DNA of 64,000 nucleotides from a bacterium (GCA_965221165.1 CBDCRP010000003.1:1184001-1248000), one strand, 5' to 3'. Counted from the first letter of the stretch, positions 46,806 to 56,244 are shown. Program-made: numbers and translations. The notes: generated by a model not told the origin, from the letters alone.

Positions 46806-47714
46806 ATGAACCTCGAGTCGAACGCCTACGGCGTGCTGTTCGCTTCGATAGCTTCGGCCTCCTGGGCGGTGTTTATCTATTTCATCAAGCGCGCGCTCAT
46901 GAACGCGCCCGTCCTCAAGGTCACCGCCGCCATGACGAGCGTGAACGCGGCGCTCGTGACGATCATCGCCGTCTTCTTCATCTCGGTCGAGGATTTTTGG
47001 GGCGTCACCGCGACCACGCTGACGTTCGCCTTCCTGGCGGGCTTTTTCCATATCGGCATATCGCGCTCGTTCTACTACCGCGCCATTCACCGCATCGGGC
47101 CCAACCGCTCCATACCCATCGCGCTCACCTATCCCGTCATCACGGCGATCGGGGCGTCGTTCATGCTGGGAGAGACGCCGACGCTCTCTATTTTCACCGG
47201 CCTCGTGATCCTCCTGGTCGGCATCACGCTCATCGTTCAGGCCGAACCATCCCAGGAGCCGGAATCAAGCGCACACGGCGCCAGATGGAAACTCTTCGGC
47301 TGGATTTCCGCCGGCGTCACCTCGCTGCTCTGGGGCGTGGCCGCCGTCTTCTTCAAAAAGGCGTCCTTGAACCTTCACCCGCTCGCCACCGCTTCCATCG
47401 CGCTCTGGGTGGGAGCCGCCACGGCCTCGCTGCTGATGGTGTTGAGCAGGGGCGAGGAATCGCGCGGCCCCATCCCCGCTTCTGCGTGGAGGTGGATTTT
47501 CGCCGCGGCCGCGTGCCAGGCGATAGCCGTACCGCTCTATAACTTCGCGTTCGTCCACACGCTGGCCGTGCGCGTAACGGCCATCGTCTCCGCCCAGCCG
47601 CTCATCGTCTTGCTGCTCGGCTGGCTGTTCCTGCGCGAGACGGAAAACATCACCCCCCGCCTCGTTCTGGGCGCGCTCTTGACCGTAGCGGGCACCATCG
47701 TCGTCATCACGTAA
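46806..47714 (+). CDS. DMT/EamA family transporter
   Basis: About 10 hydrophobic segments in two repeats; LGETPT and FLRETE motifs. Confidence 0.85.
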   Translation: MNLESNAYGVLFASIASASWAVFIYFIKRALMNAPVLKVTAAMTSVNAALVTIIAVFFISVEDFWGVTATTLTFAFLAGFFHIGISRSFYYRAIHRIGPNRSIPIALTYPVITAIGASFMLGETPTLSIFTGLVILLVGITLIVQAEPSQEPESSAHGARWKLFGWISAGVTSLLWGVAAVFFKKASLNLHPLATASIALWVGAATASLLMVLSRGEESRGPIPASAWRWIFAAAACQAIAVPLYNFAFVHTLAVRVTAIVSAQPLIVLLLGWLFLRETENITPRLVLGALLTVAGTIVVIT

Positions 47715-47814
47715 AACCCAAAGAGAGTTCCCCTCGCCTCACCTGAGTGCTACCCTTGAGCGTCCAATCATTCAAGGAATTTTTCGAAAACTTCATCACG
47801 AGAAGGAGAACAAG

Positions 47815-48291
47815 ATGGGCGAAGTCATTCACGTCACCAAGGCCCGCATCGTCAAGGAACCCGGCAAGGGAATGAAGACGGGCTATCTCGACGCATTCCC
47901 CAATGATCCGATTCCCTACGGCATTCACGGGGGAATCAAGAACTTCTACAAGGCGGAACCCGAAGTGGAGCGGCCAGCCACGCTGGATCATCTGGCCGCC
48001 GCCGTCGCCGGCTGACTGACGGGCAACATGGGAGGCGCGCTGGATGCGCGCGGGATAAAGAGCAGCCCCGACAACCTGGTGGCGGAAGTAGAAGGCATCA
48101 TCGAGAACGTGGACGGCATGGCCCTGGTCACGAAGATCAAGGTCCACTACAAATGCAGAATCCCCAAAGGAAAGCGCGAAGACGCCGAGCGCGCCCTCGC
48201 CGTGCACGAGAAAGGCTGCCCGGCCAGCCAGAGCGTGCAGCGGGGGATAGCCGTGGAGTACACGGCCGAGTTCGAGGAAGCCGACGAATAG
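47815..48291 (+). CDS. OsmC-family protein, probable selenoprotein (UGA at 48013-48015 read as Sec)
   Basis: ORFs 47815-48015 and 48028-48291 are in one frame: LAAAVAG-U-LTGNMG...HEKGCPASQSV; downstream hairpin. Confidence 0.8.
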
Positions 48292-48318
48292 ACGAACTTG
48301 GGAAACTGCCAAGTCGCA

Positions 48319-48414
48319 GTAGGGGCCGTTCGCGAACGGCCCCTACGTTTTTATTTCGATTCGCAGGGCAGAATTCTCGTAGCGGCCGCCCCACCATTCG
48401 CGAACGGCCCCTAC
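48319..48414. repeat. GTAG-family REP-like palindromes
   Basis: Perfect 28-bp palindrome GTAGGGGCCGTTCGCGAACGGCCCCTAC at 48319-48346 and a second related unit at 48379-48414. Confidence 0.85.
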
Positions 48415-48662
48415 AAAAACCGCAATCCCTCCCGCCTTGGTCGGGATTGACACCGGAATGACGAACAAACATATCAAATATACCGCCCCGTAGGACAATG
48501 GTTCGACTGACCGCGCTCATGTACCATAACTGACTGATTATATTCCGTTATTATGTTCACCATCCTCATTTTTCTTCTTGCGCTTTCGCCAGGCTTATGC
48601 TTGAATACGCTCACGCTTGACGCCTGTCGTATGCGTTTTGATTACTATTCAGGAGAGATGCC

Positions 48663-49823
48663 ATGCCGAGGAGAAGCGATCTCAGACTCACCAAGCGCGC
48701 GGTCGACGCGCTCGATCCCGGGGGGAAGGACACGCTGTACTGGGACCGGGACCTGGCGGGTTTCGGGGTGCGCGCGTACGCATCGGGGCGGAAGGTATAC
48801 GTGGTGCAGTCGAGGGGTCCCCGGGGTCCCGGCCGCGTGACGCTCGGCCGCCACGGGGAGCTCTCGTGCGAGGAGGCGAGAAAGCGCGCCGCCGGCGTCA
48901 TCGACCGCATCAAGCGGGGCGAGGACCCCGTGTCCGGACCGCCCGGGGCAGCGCTCAGGGTGGTGGACCTGGCCGAGCGTTTCATGGGGGAGTACGTCGC
49001 GCACCGCTGCAAGGCGGCGACGGCGCCCAAGTACCGCTCCGTTCTCGATAACCACGTGCTGCCCGCACTCGGCGCGATGAAGCTCGAGGAAGTCGGTGGA
49101 GCGGAGGCCGCGGCGCTCCATCACCGTCTGCGCGGGACGCCCGCGATGGCGAACGGCGTGCTCGACGTCCTCTCGCGGATGTTCACGCTGGCGGAAGCCT
49201 GGGACCTCGCTCCTCCCGGCAGGAACCCGTGCCGGAGGGTCCGCCGCTACCGGACCCCTCCGCGCGAGCGGTTCCTGACGCCTGGGGAATACCGTCGCCT
49301 GGGCCGCGCGCTGGCGGAGGCGGAAGGATCGCTGTGGCCGCCCGCGCTTGCGGCGATCAGGCTCCTCGCCCTGACGGGATGCCGGCGGGACGAGGTTCTG
49401 AACCTGAGATGGGAGGACGTGGACCGCGCGGCGGGAGAATTGAGATTGAGAGACACGAAGACGGGACCGCGGATGGCGCCGCTGACGAGGGCCGCGCTCG
49501 CCGCCCTCCCCCGGCGGGGGGATTGTCTCTGGGTGTTCCCCGCCCAGAGGGGCGGGAGGCGTCTCTCGAACCTCTATCACTACTGGAAGCCCGTCCGGTC
49601 GCGGGCGGGCCTTCATGACGTGCGGCTTCACGACCTTCGTCATTCATATGCGTCGCGGGCGCTCGCGCTGGGCGAGGGCCTCCCGGTGATAGGCAATCTT
49701 CTCGGCCACCGGGAGGTGGCGGCGACGGCGCGCTACGCACACCTGATGAGAGAGGCCGAGAGGGCGGCGGCCGCCCGGGTGGGGGAGAGCATCGGGGCGC
49801 ACGTAACGAGCCATGGGAGTTGA
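48663..49823 (+). CDS. Tyrosine recombinase/integrase with arm-binding domain (copy 1)
   Basis: WDRDLAGFGVR N-domain; TGCRRDE, HDLRHSYAS, LLGH..TARY. Confidence 0.95.
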   Translation: MPRRSDLRLTKRAVDALDPGGKDTLYWDRDLAGFGVRAYASGRKVYVVQSRGPRGPGRVTLGRHGELSCEEARKRAAGVIDRIKRGEDPVSGPPGAALRVVDLAERFMGEYVAHRCKAATAPKYRSVLDNHVLPALGAMKLEEVGGAEAAALHHRLRGTPAMANGVLDVLSRMFTLAEAWDLAPPGRNPCRRVRRYRTPPRERFLTPGEYRRLGRALAEAEGSLWPPALAAIRLLALTGCRRDEVLNLRWEDVDRAAGELRLRDTKTGPRMAPLTRAALAALPRRGDCLWVFPAQRGGRRLSNLYHYWKPVRSRAGLHDVRLHDLRHSYASRALALGEGLPVIGNLLGHREVAATARYAHLMREAERAAAARVGESIGAHVTSHGS

Positions 49824-49829
49824 GCGGAG

Positions 49830-51029
49830 ATGACGAAGCCCACGATGAAAACGCTGTCGAACCGGATGGTGGATAAGCTTGCCGTCGAGAAGGACACGGT
49901 ATACTGGGACCGGGACCTCACGGGCTTCGGGGTGAGGGCGTATCCCACGGGCTCGAAAGTCTACGTCGCCCAGGCGCGGGGGCCGGGGGGACCCAGGCGG
50001 GTGACGGTGGGCCGCCACGGGGTGATCAATGCGGATGAGGCGAGGAGGCGCGCGGCGCTCGTCATCGCGCGGGTCAAGGCGGGCGGGGAGGCGGTCCCGG
50101 AGGCGCCCGGGCTCAAGGCCGGTCCCACGGTGGCCGAACTGGCGGAGCGCTATCTCGCGGAATACGCAGGCTCGCGGTGCAAGCCGCGCACCGTGAAGAC
50201 GCTGCGCTCCGTGGTGAGGAGACACATTCTGCCGGCGCTCGGGAAGATGCCGCTTGCGGCGGTGGAGCGCGCGCACGCGGCCGGGCTTCACCGGAAGCTG
50301 GGCGCCACGCCCGCGGCCGCGAACCAGGCGCTCGACGCGCTATCGGCGATGTACGGGCGGGCCGCGGACTGGGGACTCGTTCCCGAGGGGACGAATCCCT
50401 GCCGCGGGGTCATGAAATACCGCCTCCGCAGGCGGGAGCGCTTCCTCACCGAGGCGGAGTTCGAGCGCCTGGGACGCGCCCTCGACGAGGTCGAGGCGGA
50501 AGGCGGCGCGGCGGCGTACGCGGCGGCGGCCGTCAGGCTCCTGGCCCTGACGGGGTGCCGGAAGTCGGAGATACTGGACCTGCGCTGGGAGGACGTCGAC
50601 CCCGATGCGGCGGAACTCAGGCTCCGGGACGCCAAGACGGGCCCCAGGGTGGTGTCGCTCCCGCCCTCGGCGCTCAGGCTCCTGGCCGCACTGCCGCGCC
50701 TTCCCGGAAACCCCCGCGTCATCCCCGGCAAGAGGCCCGGCGCGCGCCTGAGCGGCCTGGACCGCGTCTGGCGGGCCGTACGGGCGCGGGCGGGACTCGA
50801 CGGCGTGCGGCTTCACGATTTGCGCCACTCCTACGCCAGCCGCGCGCTCGCGCTCGGGGAGGGACTCCCCGTGATAGCGAAGCTCCTCGGCCACTCCCAC
50901 ATACAGACCACGGCGCGCTACGCCCATCTCGCGCGCCACTCGGTGAGAGAGGCCGCCGAGCGCGTCGCCGACACCATCGCCGCGGACTTACTCGAAGGCG
51001 CCGGCGCACCGCGTCCCCGGGCGCCCTGA
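49830..51029 (+). CDS. Tyrosine recombinase/integrase with arm-binding domain (copy 2)
   Basis: WDRDLTGFGVR; TGCRKSE, HDLRHSYAS, LLGH..TARY. Confidence 0.95.
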   Translation: MTKPTMKTLSNRMVDKLAVEKDTVYWDRDLTGFGVRAYPTGSKVYVAQARGPGGPRRVTVGRHGVINADEARRRAALVIARVKAGGEAVPEAPGLKAGPTVAELAERYLAEYAGSRCKPRTVKTLRSVVRRHILPALGKMPLAAVERAHAAGLHRKLGATPAAANQALDALSAMYGRAADWGLVPEGTNPCRGVMKYRLRRRERFLTEAEFERLGRALDEVEAEGGAAAYAAAAVRLLALTGCRKSEILDLRWEDVDPDAAELRLRDAKTGPRVVSLPPSALRLLAALPRLPGNPRVIPGKRPGARLSGLDRVWRAVRARAGLDGVRLHDLRHSYASRALALGEGLPVIAKLLGHSHIQTTARYAHLARHSVREAAERVADTIAADLLEGAGAPRPRAP

Positions 51030-51450
51030 AACGAGGCGTCCCTCCCCGCTCAGGACTGACCGCCGCCGTCATCCATCCCGCCCGGGAAGGCGCGCGGACG
51101 GCGCCGCGGTGCGACCGGGTGATTCCCGGCGTTCCCGTTCATTCGCGTCCCTCCCTTCGTCCCGCTCGCCCGTCCGGCATCACGCAGACGGGAATCCGTA
51201 TCGTCCGCACGGAGCGAAATGAAAACAACAGCCACCTGTTCGCAAGGGTTTTCGATATCCGGTTTCCAATGCCCGCGCGCCTCACCAGCCCCGAACGCCG
51301 CCGTGGCCGGGCGGGCGAGCATCGCGCACCTCGCCCGGGCCGCGCACTGCGCCCGAAAGAGGCGGAGTCCGGCCGGGAGGGGGCGTCGGCGGGGCGTCGG
51401 GGAGAGGACGTCCTTCGCCGCCATCATCCACCCACCCAAGGAGGCGCGCG

Positions 51451-51750
51451 ATGCGGAAACCCAAACCTGAAGCAAACACCTTCCTCACCCATCTCTTCGG
51501 CCAGGGCCTGGCGGACGAGCGATACGAGATCAGGCGATACAAATCGACCGGGGGCGAGGTCCGGCCCGTACCCGCCGGGGACAAGGGCGGGCGCAGGAGC
51601 AAGCGCGTGACGGCTTCTCGCCGTGCGGTCCGGGAGATGCGTCCCGCGCGGGACGAGCTCATCGTCTGCACGGGGCTCCGGGTCCCGGGCAGCGGGCTGC
51701 AACTGTGGGGCGAGCATCTCGTGTGGGGCAAGATGTTCGACCGGGGATGA
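51451..51750 (+). CDS. Hypothetical protein
   Basis: 99 aa ORF with AAGGAGG SD, co-oriented with neighbours. Confidence 0.55.
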   Translation: MRKPKPEANTFLTHLFGQGLADERYEIRRYKSTGGEVRPVPAGDKGGRRSKRVTASRRAVREMRPARDELIVCTGLRVPGSGLQLWGEHLVWGKMFDRG

Positions 51751-51839
51751 AGTCCCCCTTGGGGAGGACTTCTGCCCGCCAGACGTCTCGCCGGCACGGC
51801 GCCGTCTGGGCGGATTCACCAACGCATGAGGAAAATCAC

Positions 51840-52649
51840 ATGCCTCACAAGGACCCGAAAATTCGACGCGCATTCGAGCGCGAACGCCACAGGCGGCGTA
51901 CTGCGGAGCGCCAGGCGCTTGGACTTTGTCCAAAATGCGGTCACGGGCCTCCCGCGCCCGGACGAAGTCTTTGCGAATCCTGCCTCGAGAGAGGACGCAA
52001 GTCCGAGCAAGCCCGATATGCCAGGCGAAAACTCGAGGGGGCCACGTATGGCGGCCGCTGTCCCGAGAGCCGCCGGCGCATGGCGCGGGAGAGGAACAAG
52101 AGGCGCAGGCGCGAGCGCACCGAAGCCGGGTTGTGTGCCCTTTGCGGCGAACGAAAGCCCGTGGAGGGCGGCGCCGTCTGCGAGACGTGCCGTGAGGAAC
52201 GTCGAGCGCAGGAGAGGAAACTCTACCAAAAAAGGCGCGCCGGGGGGCGGTGCGGCAGATGCGGAGGACAGGTCTTTGCGGGAGCCTCGACGTGCGCTTC
52301 GTGCGCCGCAACCGAAGTTAAACGCCGACCGCGAAAGAACGCCGCGAGCCGGGCGCGGTATCGCGACAGGCGCGCCAGGGACGCCTGCGTTGATTGCGGA
52401 AAGGCTTCGGACGGAGCATCGAGGTGCGCCCCCTGCGCACGGCGCTCCTGGCACTCCTCGGGAGAGCACAGGGGTATGCCGCTCTTTCCGCCGCGCTACA
52501 CCGTGGTTGAACTCGCCACGGGTGTCGAGCACGGTCCTCTCGACTCCTGGGAGGAGGTGGCCATGTGCCTCGCCTTCGCGAAACTCTCCCGGGAGGAGGT
52601 GGAGGTCGTCGAAGACAGCTCCTGGATGGCGACCTTGACGGGTCGTTAG
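51840..52649 (+). CDS. Arg-rich protein with four CxxC...CxxC repeats
   Basis: GAGG SD; CPKC/CESC, CALC/CETC, CGRC/CASC, CVDC/CAPC. Confidence 0.8.
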   Translation: MPHKDPKIRRAFERERHRRRTAERQALGLCPKCGHGPPAPGRSLCESCLERGRKSEQARYARRKLEGATYGGRCPESRRRMARERNKRRRRERTEAGLCALCGERKPVEGGAVCETCREERRAQERKLYQKRRAGGRCGRCGGQVFAGASTCASCAATEVKRRPRKNAASRARYRDRRARDACVDCGKASDGASRCAPCARRSWHSSGEHRGMPLFPPRYTVVELATGVEHGPLDSWEEVAMCLAFAKLSREEVEVVEDSSWMATLTGR

Positions 52650-53161
52650 TCGGGCCTCCGGAGCGTAACGACACGTGTCGCCGGCAGACGGGGGTCAGAC
52701 CCGACCGGGGAGGGAGGGTTCGGCACCGCCCTGCTGCGCAGCCGGCCAACCGCCCGCCGGCGGGGGGCAACTCACGACCCCGAACCCGGCGCACCCGTCG
52801 GATACGCATCGCCGGCGCCGGGGCGGCCCGGGCGAAGCGCCCCGATCCTGCGGACAATCCCGCCTGCGGCGAGATGAACGAAGCCGATTGAACCCCACGC
52901 CTCCCGATGCGCCTACTCTCCCCCATGCCTCGTACGTTCCAACCCCGGACCAGGGACGCGCCCGCCTGGCTTCCGGTCCCGTCCGCCTCCGGTACGACCC
53001 GGTCGGGACGGAGGCCGTTCAAGCTCCGTGGACGGCCCGTCAACGGTCGCGAACCGCCTTTGCAGAGGAAGAGCGAAGCGGGGAGCCGGGCAAATGCCCG
53101 GTAGGGAGAGGGAGGCGGTCTCCCTCCCGACGCCGGGGATGACCCGAGAGGAGGCTTGGCC

Positions 53162-53308
53162 ATGTACGAGAACGACTACGACGTCGACGTTCCCACCGCA
53201 GACGAACTGCTCGCAGAACTCGGACTCGACGCGTACACGATCCGCAGGCTCAGGTCCGAAGCGGCCCACCCCGAGGCGGTCGGAGGAGAGGAGTTTAGCA
53301 GGGTATAG
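53162..53308 (+). CDS. Small acidic hypothetical protein (48 aa)
   Basis: Below ORF-track cutoff; GAGGAGG SD then MYENDYDVDVPTADELLAELGLDAYTIRRLRSEAAHPEAVGGEEFSRV. Confidence 0.6.
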   Translation: MYENDYDVDVPTADELLAELGLDAYTIRRLRSEAAHPEAVGGEEFSRV

Positions 53309-53389
53309 GGCGAACGGAGGAATCGGGGAGAGAGTATCCCGGTCCCATCACCCGTCGTTATCCACATCACACCGAAAAGGAGAACCACC

Positions 53390-53836
53390 ATGGCATTCGG
53401 ACTCAACAGAGCGGAACTGATCGGGCGCCTCGGCGCCGACGTCACCATCAACCATCTCGCGAGCGGCGGGCGCGTTGCGAACCTCTCCATCGCCACCGAC
53501 GAGGGCTACGTCGACAAGCAAAGCGGCGAGCGGGTGGAGAAGACCGAGTGGCACCGGGTCGTGACCTTCCAGCCGGGGCTGGTCGACATGTTCGAGAAGC
53601 ACGCGAAGAAGGGCCGCCTGGTCTACGTCGCGGGCAAGCTCCAGACCAGACGCTGGAAGAAGGACGAGGAGGATTCCGATCGGTTCTCGACCGAGATCCT
53701 CGTAGCGCCCGGCGGGCGGGTGCAGTTCCTGGAGAAGATGAACGGGAACGGCAATGGCAACGGAAACGGCGCGCACCCCGAGACGGCCGATGTGGCGGCG
53801 ACCGCGGGCGTAGTGGGCGAAGATATTCCATTCTGA
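53390..53836 (+). CDS. ssb: Single-stranded DNA-binding protein (mobile-element type)
   Basis: LNRAELIGRLGAD, EKTEWHRVV, GKLQTRRW, C-terminal DIPF. Confidence 0.96.
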   Translation: MAFGLNRAELIGRLGADVTINHLASGGRVANLSIATDEGYVDKQSGERVEKTEWHRVVTFQPGLVDMFEKHAKKGRLVYVAGKLQTRRWKKDEEDSDRFSTEILVAPGGRVQFLEKMNGNGNGNGNGAHPETADVAATAGVVGEDIPF

Positions 53837-53844
53837 TCACGACA

Positions 53845-53877
53845 GGGGTCGGCGTTACGGCGCCGGCCCCTTTTTTT
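53845..53877 (+). terminator. Intrinsic terminator after ssb
   Basis: GGGGTCGGCG...CGCCGGCCCC followed by T7. Confidence 0.85.
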
Positions 53878-54493
53878 GCTCGTTATCCAGAGGAGGTCCG
53901 CCATGCCCCGAACACCCTCTCCAGCGGCCGGGATCGCCGCCGCCCTCGCCTTTCTCGCCCCGCCGGCCCTCTCATCTACCGGGAACACCCGGGAAATCTC
54001 CGGTTCCGTGAACGATAAACCGTGTTCACGGAAAACCGGCAGGAACGCTACAATCACCGCATACCCTGGACAGTGGCTCGGTCTACCCCCCGCTGCGGGA
54101 ATTTTGGGCCGGAAAAAACGGCCCAAAATGACCCTACCCGCAGCATGAGAGATTGTTTCACGATGAGCTTCGCTTTCATCGTGAAACAACCGGAAGCTCT
54201 TATGTCCCGGTGGCGAAACCACCCTCTCTCTTAGCGTCCTCATTTTAGCACGAACGGCGAGCAATAAAGGGTGGCCGCAAGCGGCCATCATTTTCCGGTA
54301 CCCCCCAAAAAACGTCGAGCGGCAAAAAACGAAAGCGCCGCTCTATGAAGCGTGCTTTTCGGGAACCCCCCGGAAAATGACGAGCCCTTGATTCGCTCGC
54401 CTACGGGCATCGGAAACACCGCCCGATGCCCTTACGTGCTGAAAATGGGGCGCTAAGAAGCGCATCCGTTAACTCTCTGGAAAGGAGAAAGGC

Positions 54494-54868
54494 ATGGAAA
54501 CCACCGTGGTGAACCTGAACGACTATGTTGCGCCCCAATTCGGAAGTGGCTGTCTCGTCGTGATTGACAGGACGACGAAGTGGGGAAATCCCTTCCGCAT
54601 CGGCCAGGACGGCGATCGCGCCGCCGTGATTGAAAAATACCGGCAATGGCTCTGGAGAAAAATCCAGCAGGAGGAGGTCAACCTCTACGAACTCGCCGAC
54701 CTTCACGGCTGCGAGCTCGGCTGCCACTGCCATCCCCTTCCATGCCACGGCGACGTCCTCGCACGCGCCGCCGCGTGGGCAGCCGACTACCTCGGCGACA
54801 TGCCCAAAGAAGTGAAGCGAGACGATCTCGGCTACGCGCTGCCCCAATACGACTATTCCCTCGCTTGA
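54494..54868 (+). CDS. DUF4326 family protein
   Basis: IDRTTKWGNPF, LGCHCHPLPCHGDVL. Confidence 0.88.
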   Translation: METTVVNLNDYVAPQFGSGCLVVIDRTTKWGNPFRIGQDGDRAAVIEKYRQWLWRKIQQEEVNLYELADLHGCELGCHCHPLPCHGDVLARAAAWAADYLGDMPKEVKRDDLGYALPQYDYSLA

Positions 54869-54931
54869 GGACAACCGAACCACTAGCCGAAAAGCCCGGC
54901 TGGAAAACCCAATCACTGAAAGGAGTGAACG

Positions 54932-55888
54932 ATGACTGCCACCGCGACACACGACCACAAGGAGAGCATCATGCACGAGCACACAGAGCACGAAGCACAG
55001 AATGAATCCTTCACCGCCATGGTCTGCGAGCAGGCAGCGCTGTTCGGCGCAACCCCGGGACCCGATGAGTTCGACAACCGCCCCGTATGGGACCAGAACG
55101 AATCCACAGACGCCGTCACTCAGGCCTTCCACCTCCTCGCGCAAGCCGCACCTGACGGCACGCAACTTGCGGATGAGCGAGCGAATCTCCTCTGGGGCTT
55201 CGTCAACACCCTGGACGCCCAGACACAGCGCCTCGACCGCGCCGCCGACAGGCTCATCCCCGGTATCCGTGAACTCCAGCGCGAACAGGACGGCTCCGAG
55301 ATCCGCTCCCGCGAACTCGAACTCACGACCGACCGCGCGCAAAACCTGAGCGACCGCCGAGACGCCTTCGAAGGACTGCGCGACACCGCCGCCGAGGCTT
55401 ATCGCGTAGAGACCGGCGAGGTCTGGCGGCCCAGGCGAGGCTCCCACGTCTCCCAAACCGGCAAGCTGACCTCTGCGGTGATTGACGCGCGCGACTTCCA
55501 GCGCGCCAGAAAGGACCGCGAGAACACCGCTCATCTTCCCCAGGGAACACTCGTCGCCGTCGCGGGCGGCAAGGAGGCGAACGACGTAAGCAAAATCATC
55601 GCGCATCTCGACAAGCTCAAGGCCAAGTACAAAGACGTGGTGCTCGTCCACGGCGGCGGCCCCGGCGCCGAGAAGATTGCAGCGGGATGGGCGGAGCGAA
55701 ACGGCGTCCACCAAGTCGTCTGTAAACCCGACTGGGACGCACACGGCAGGGCCGCTCCCTTCAGGCGCAACGACGACTTGCTCGCACTCCTGCCCAAGGG
55801 CGTCATCGCGTTCCCGGGCAGCGGCATCACCGACAACCTCGTCGACAAGGCCCGCACCCTCGGAATTCCCGTCCAAAAAGTAGCGTGA
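54932..55888 (+). CDS. DUF2493 / YspA-related SLOG domain protein
   Basis: VAVAGG, VLVHGGGPGAEKIAAGWA, PDWDAHGRAAPFRRND, FPGSGIT. Confidence 0.85.
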   Translation: MTATATHDHKESIMHEHTEHEAQNESFTAMVCEQAALFGATPGPDEFDNRPVWDQNESTDAVTQAFHLLAQAAPDGTQLADERANLLWGFVNTLDAQTQRLDRAADRLIPGIRELQREQDGSEIRSRELELTTDRAQNLSDRRDAFEGLRDTAAEAYRVETGEVWRPRRGSHVSQTGKLTSAVIDARDFQRARKDRENTAHLPQGTLVAVAGGKEANDVSKIIAHLDKLKAKYKDVVLVHGGGPGAEKIAAGWAERNGVHQVVCKPDWDAHGRAAPFRRNDDLLALLPKGVIAFPGSGITDNLVDKARTLGIPVQKVA

Positions 55889-56244
55889 CGTGAACGCTCA
55901 ACGGGTCGCGTCGTCGCCGCCCGGCGGCGCGGCCCGTTGCGTCTCGTCGACCAACGCTCGCGCCACTTGCGCCGGCATCGATGATGACTCCGCTGGTCTT
56001 GCCGCAGGAACAACTCCCCGCATTGCTCCTCCCGCTCAATCGCCGCGGCGGCTCCCGCTCGCCATTATCATCGGCAAAAATTTCCCCGACTTGCGTTTCA
56101 AAAAATCCCTGCGCTAGCCGCCCTTCGGCGTTTCGTTCAGTACACCCCACGCATCTGAAGATGCCTGCCCTCCATGCGCACACTTGTCAGGCAACCTCTT
56201 GCGTAAATGGCGCCCGAAGACGACACGGTGTTGTTGGATCGAGT

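Noticed and set aside
48520-48560. dif/Xer-like site (CATAA...ATTATGTT)
   Set aside because: Arm spacing does not fit the 11-6-11 dif architecture
53903-54148. ORF with SD and signal-peptide-like start (MPRTPSPAAGIAAALAFLAPPALS)
   Set aside because: Runs straight into the hairpin array with no recognisable domain; at most a truncated remnant
54401-55876. 491-aa minus-strand ORF
   Set aside because: Antisense to the DUF4326 and DUF2493 genes, which have clear motifs and SD sequences
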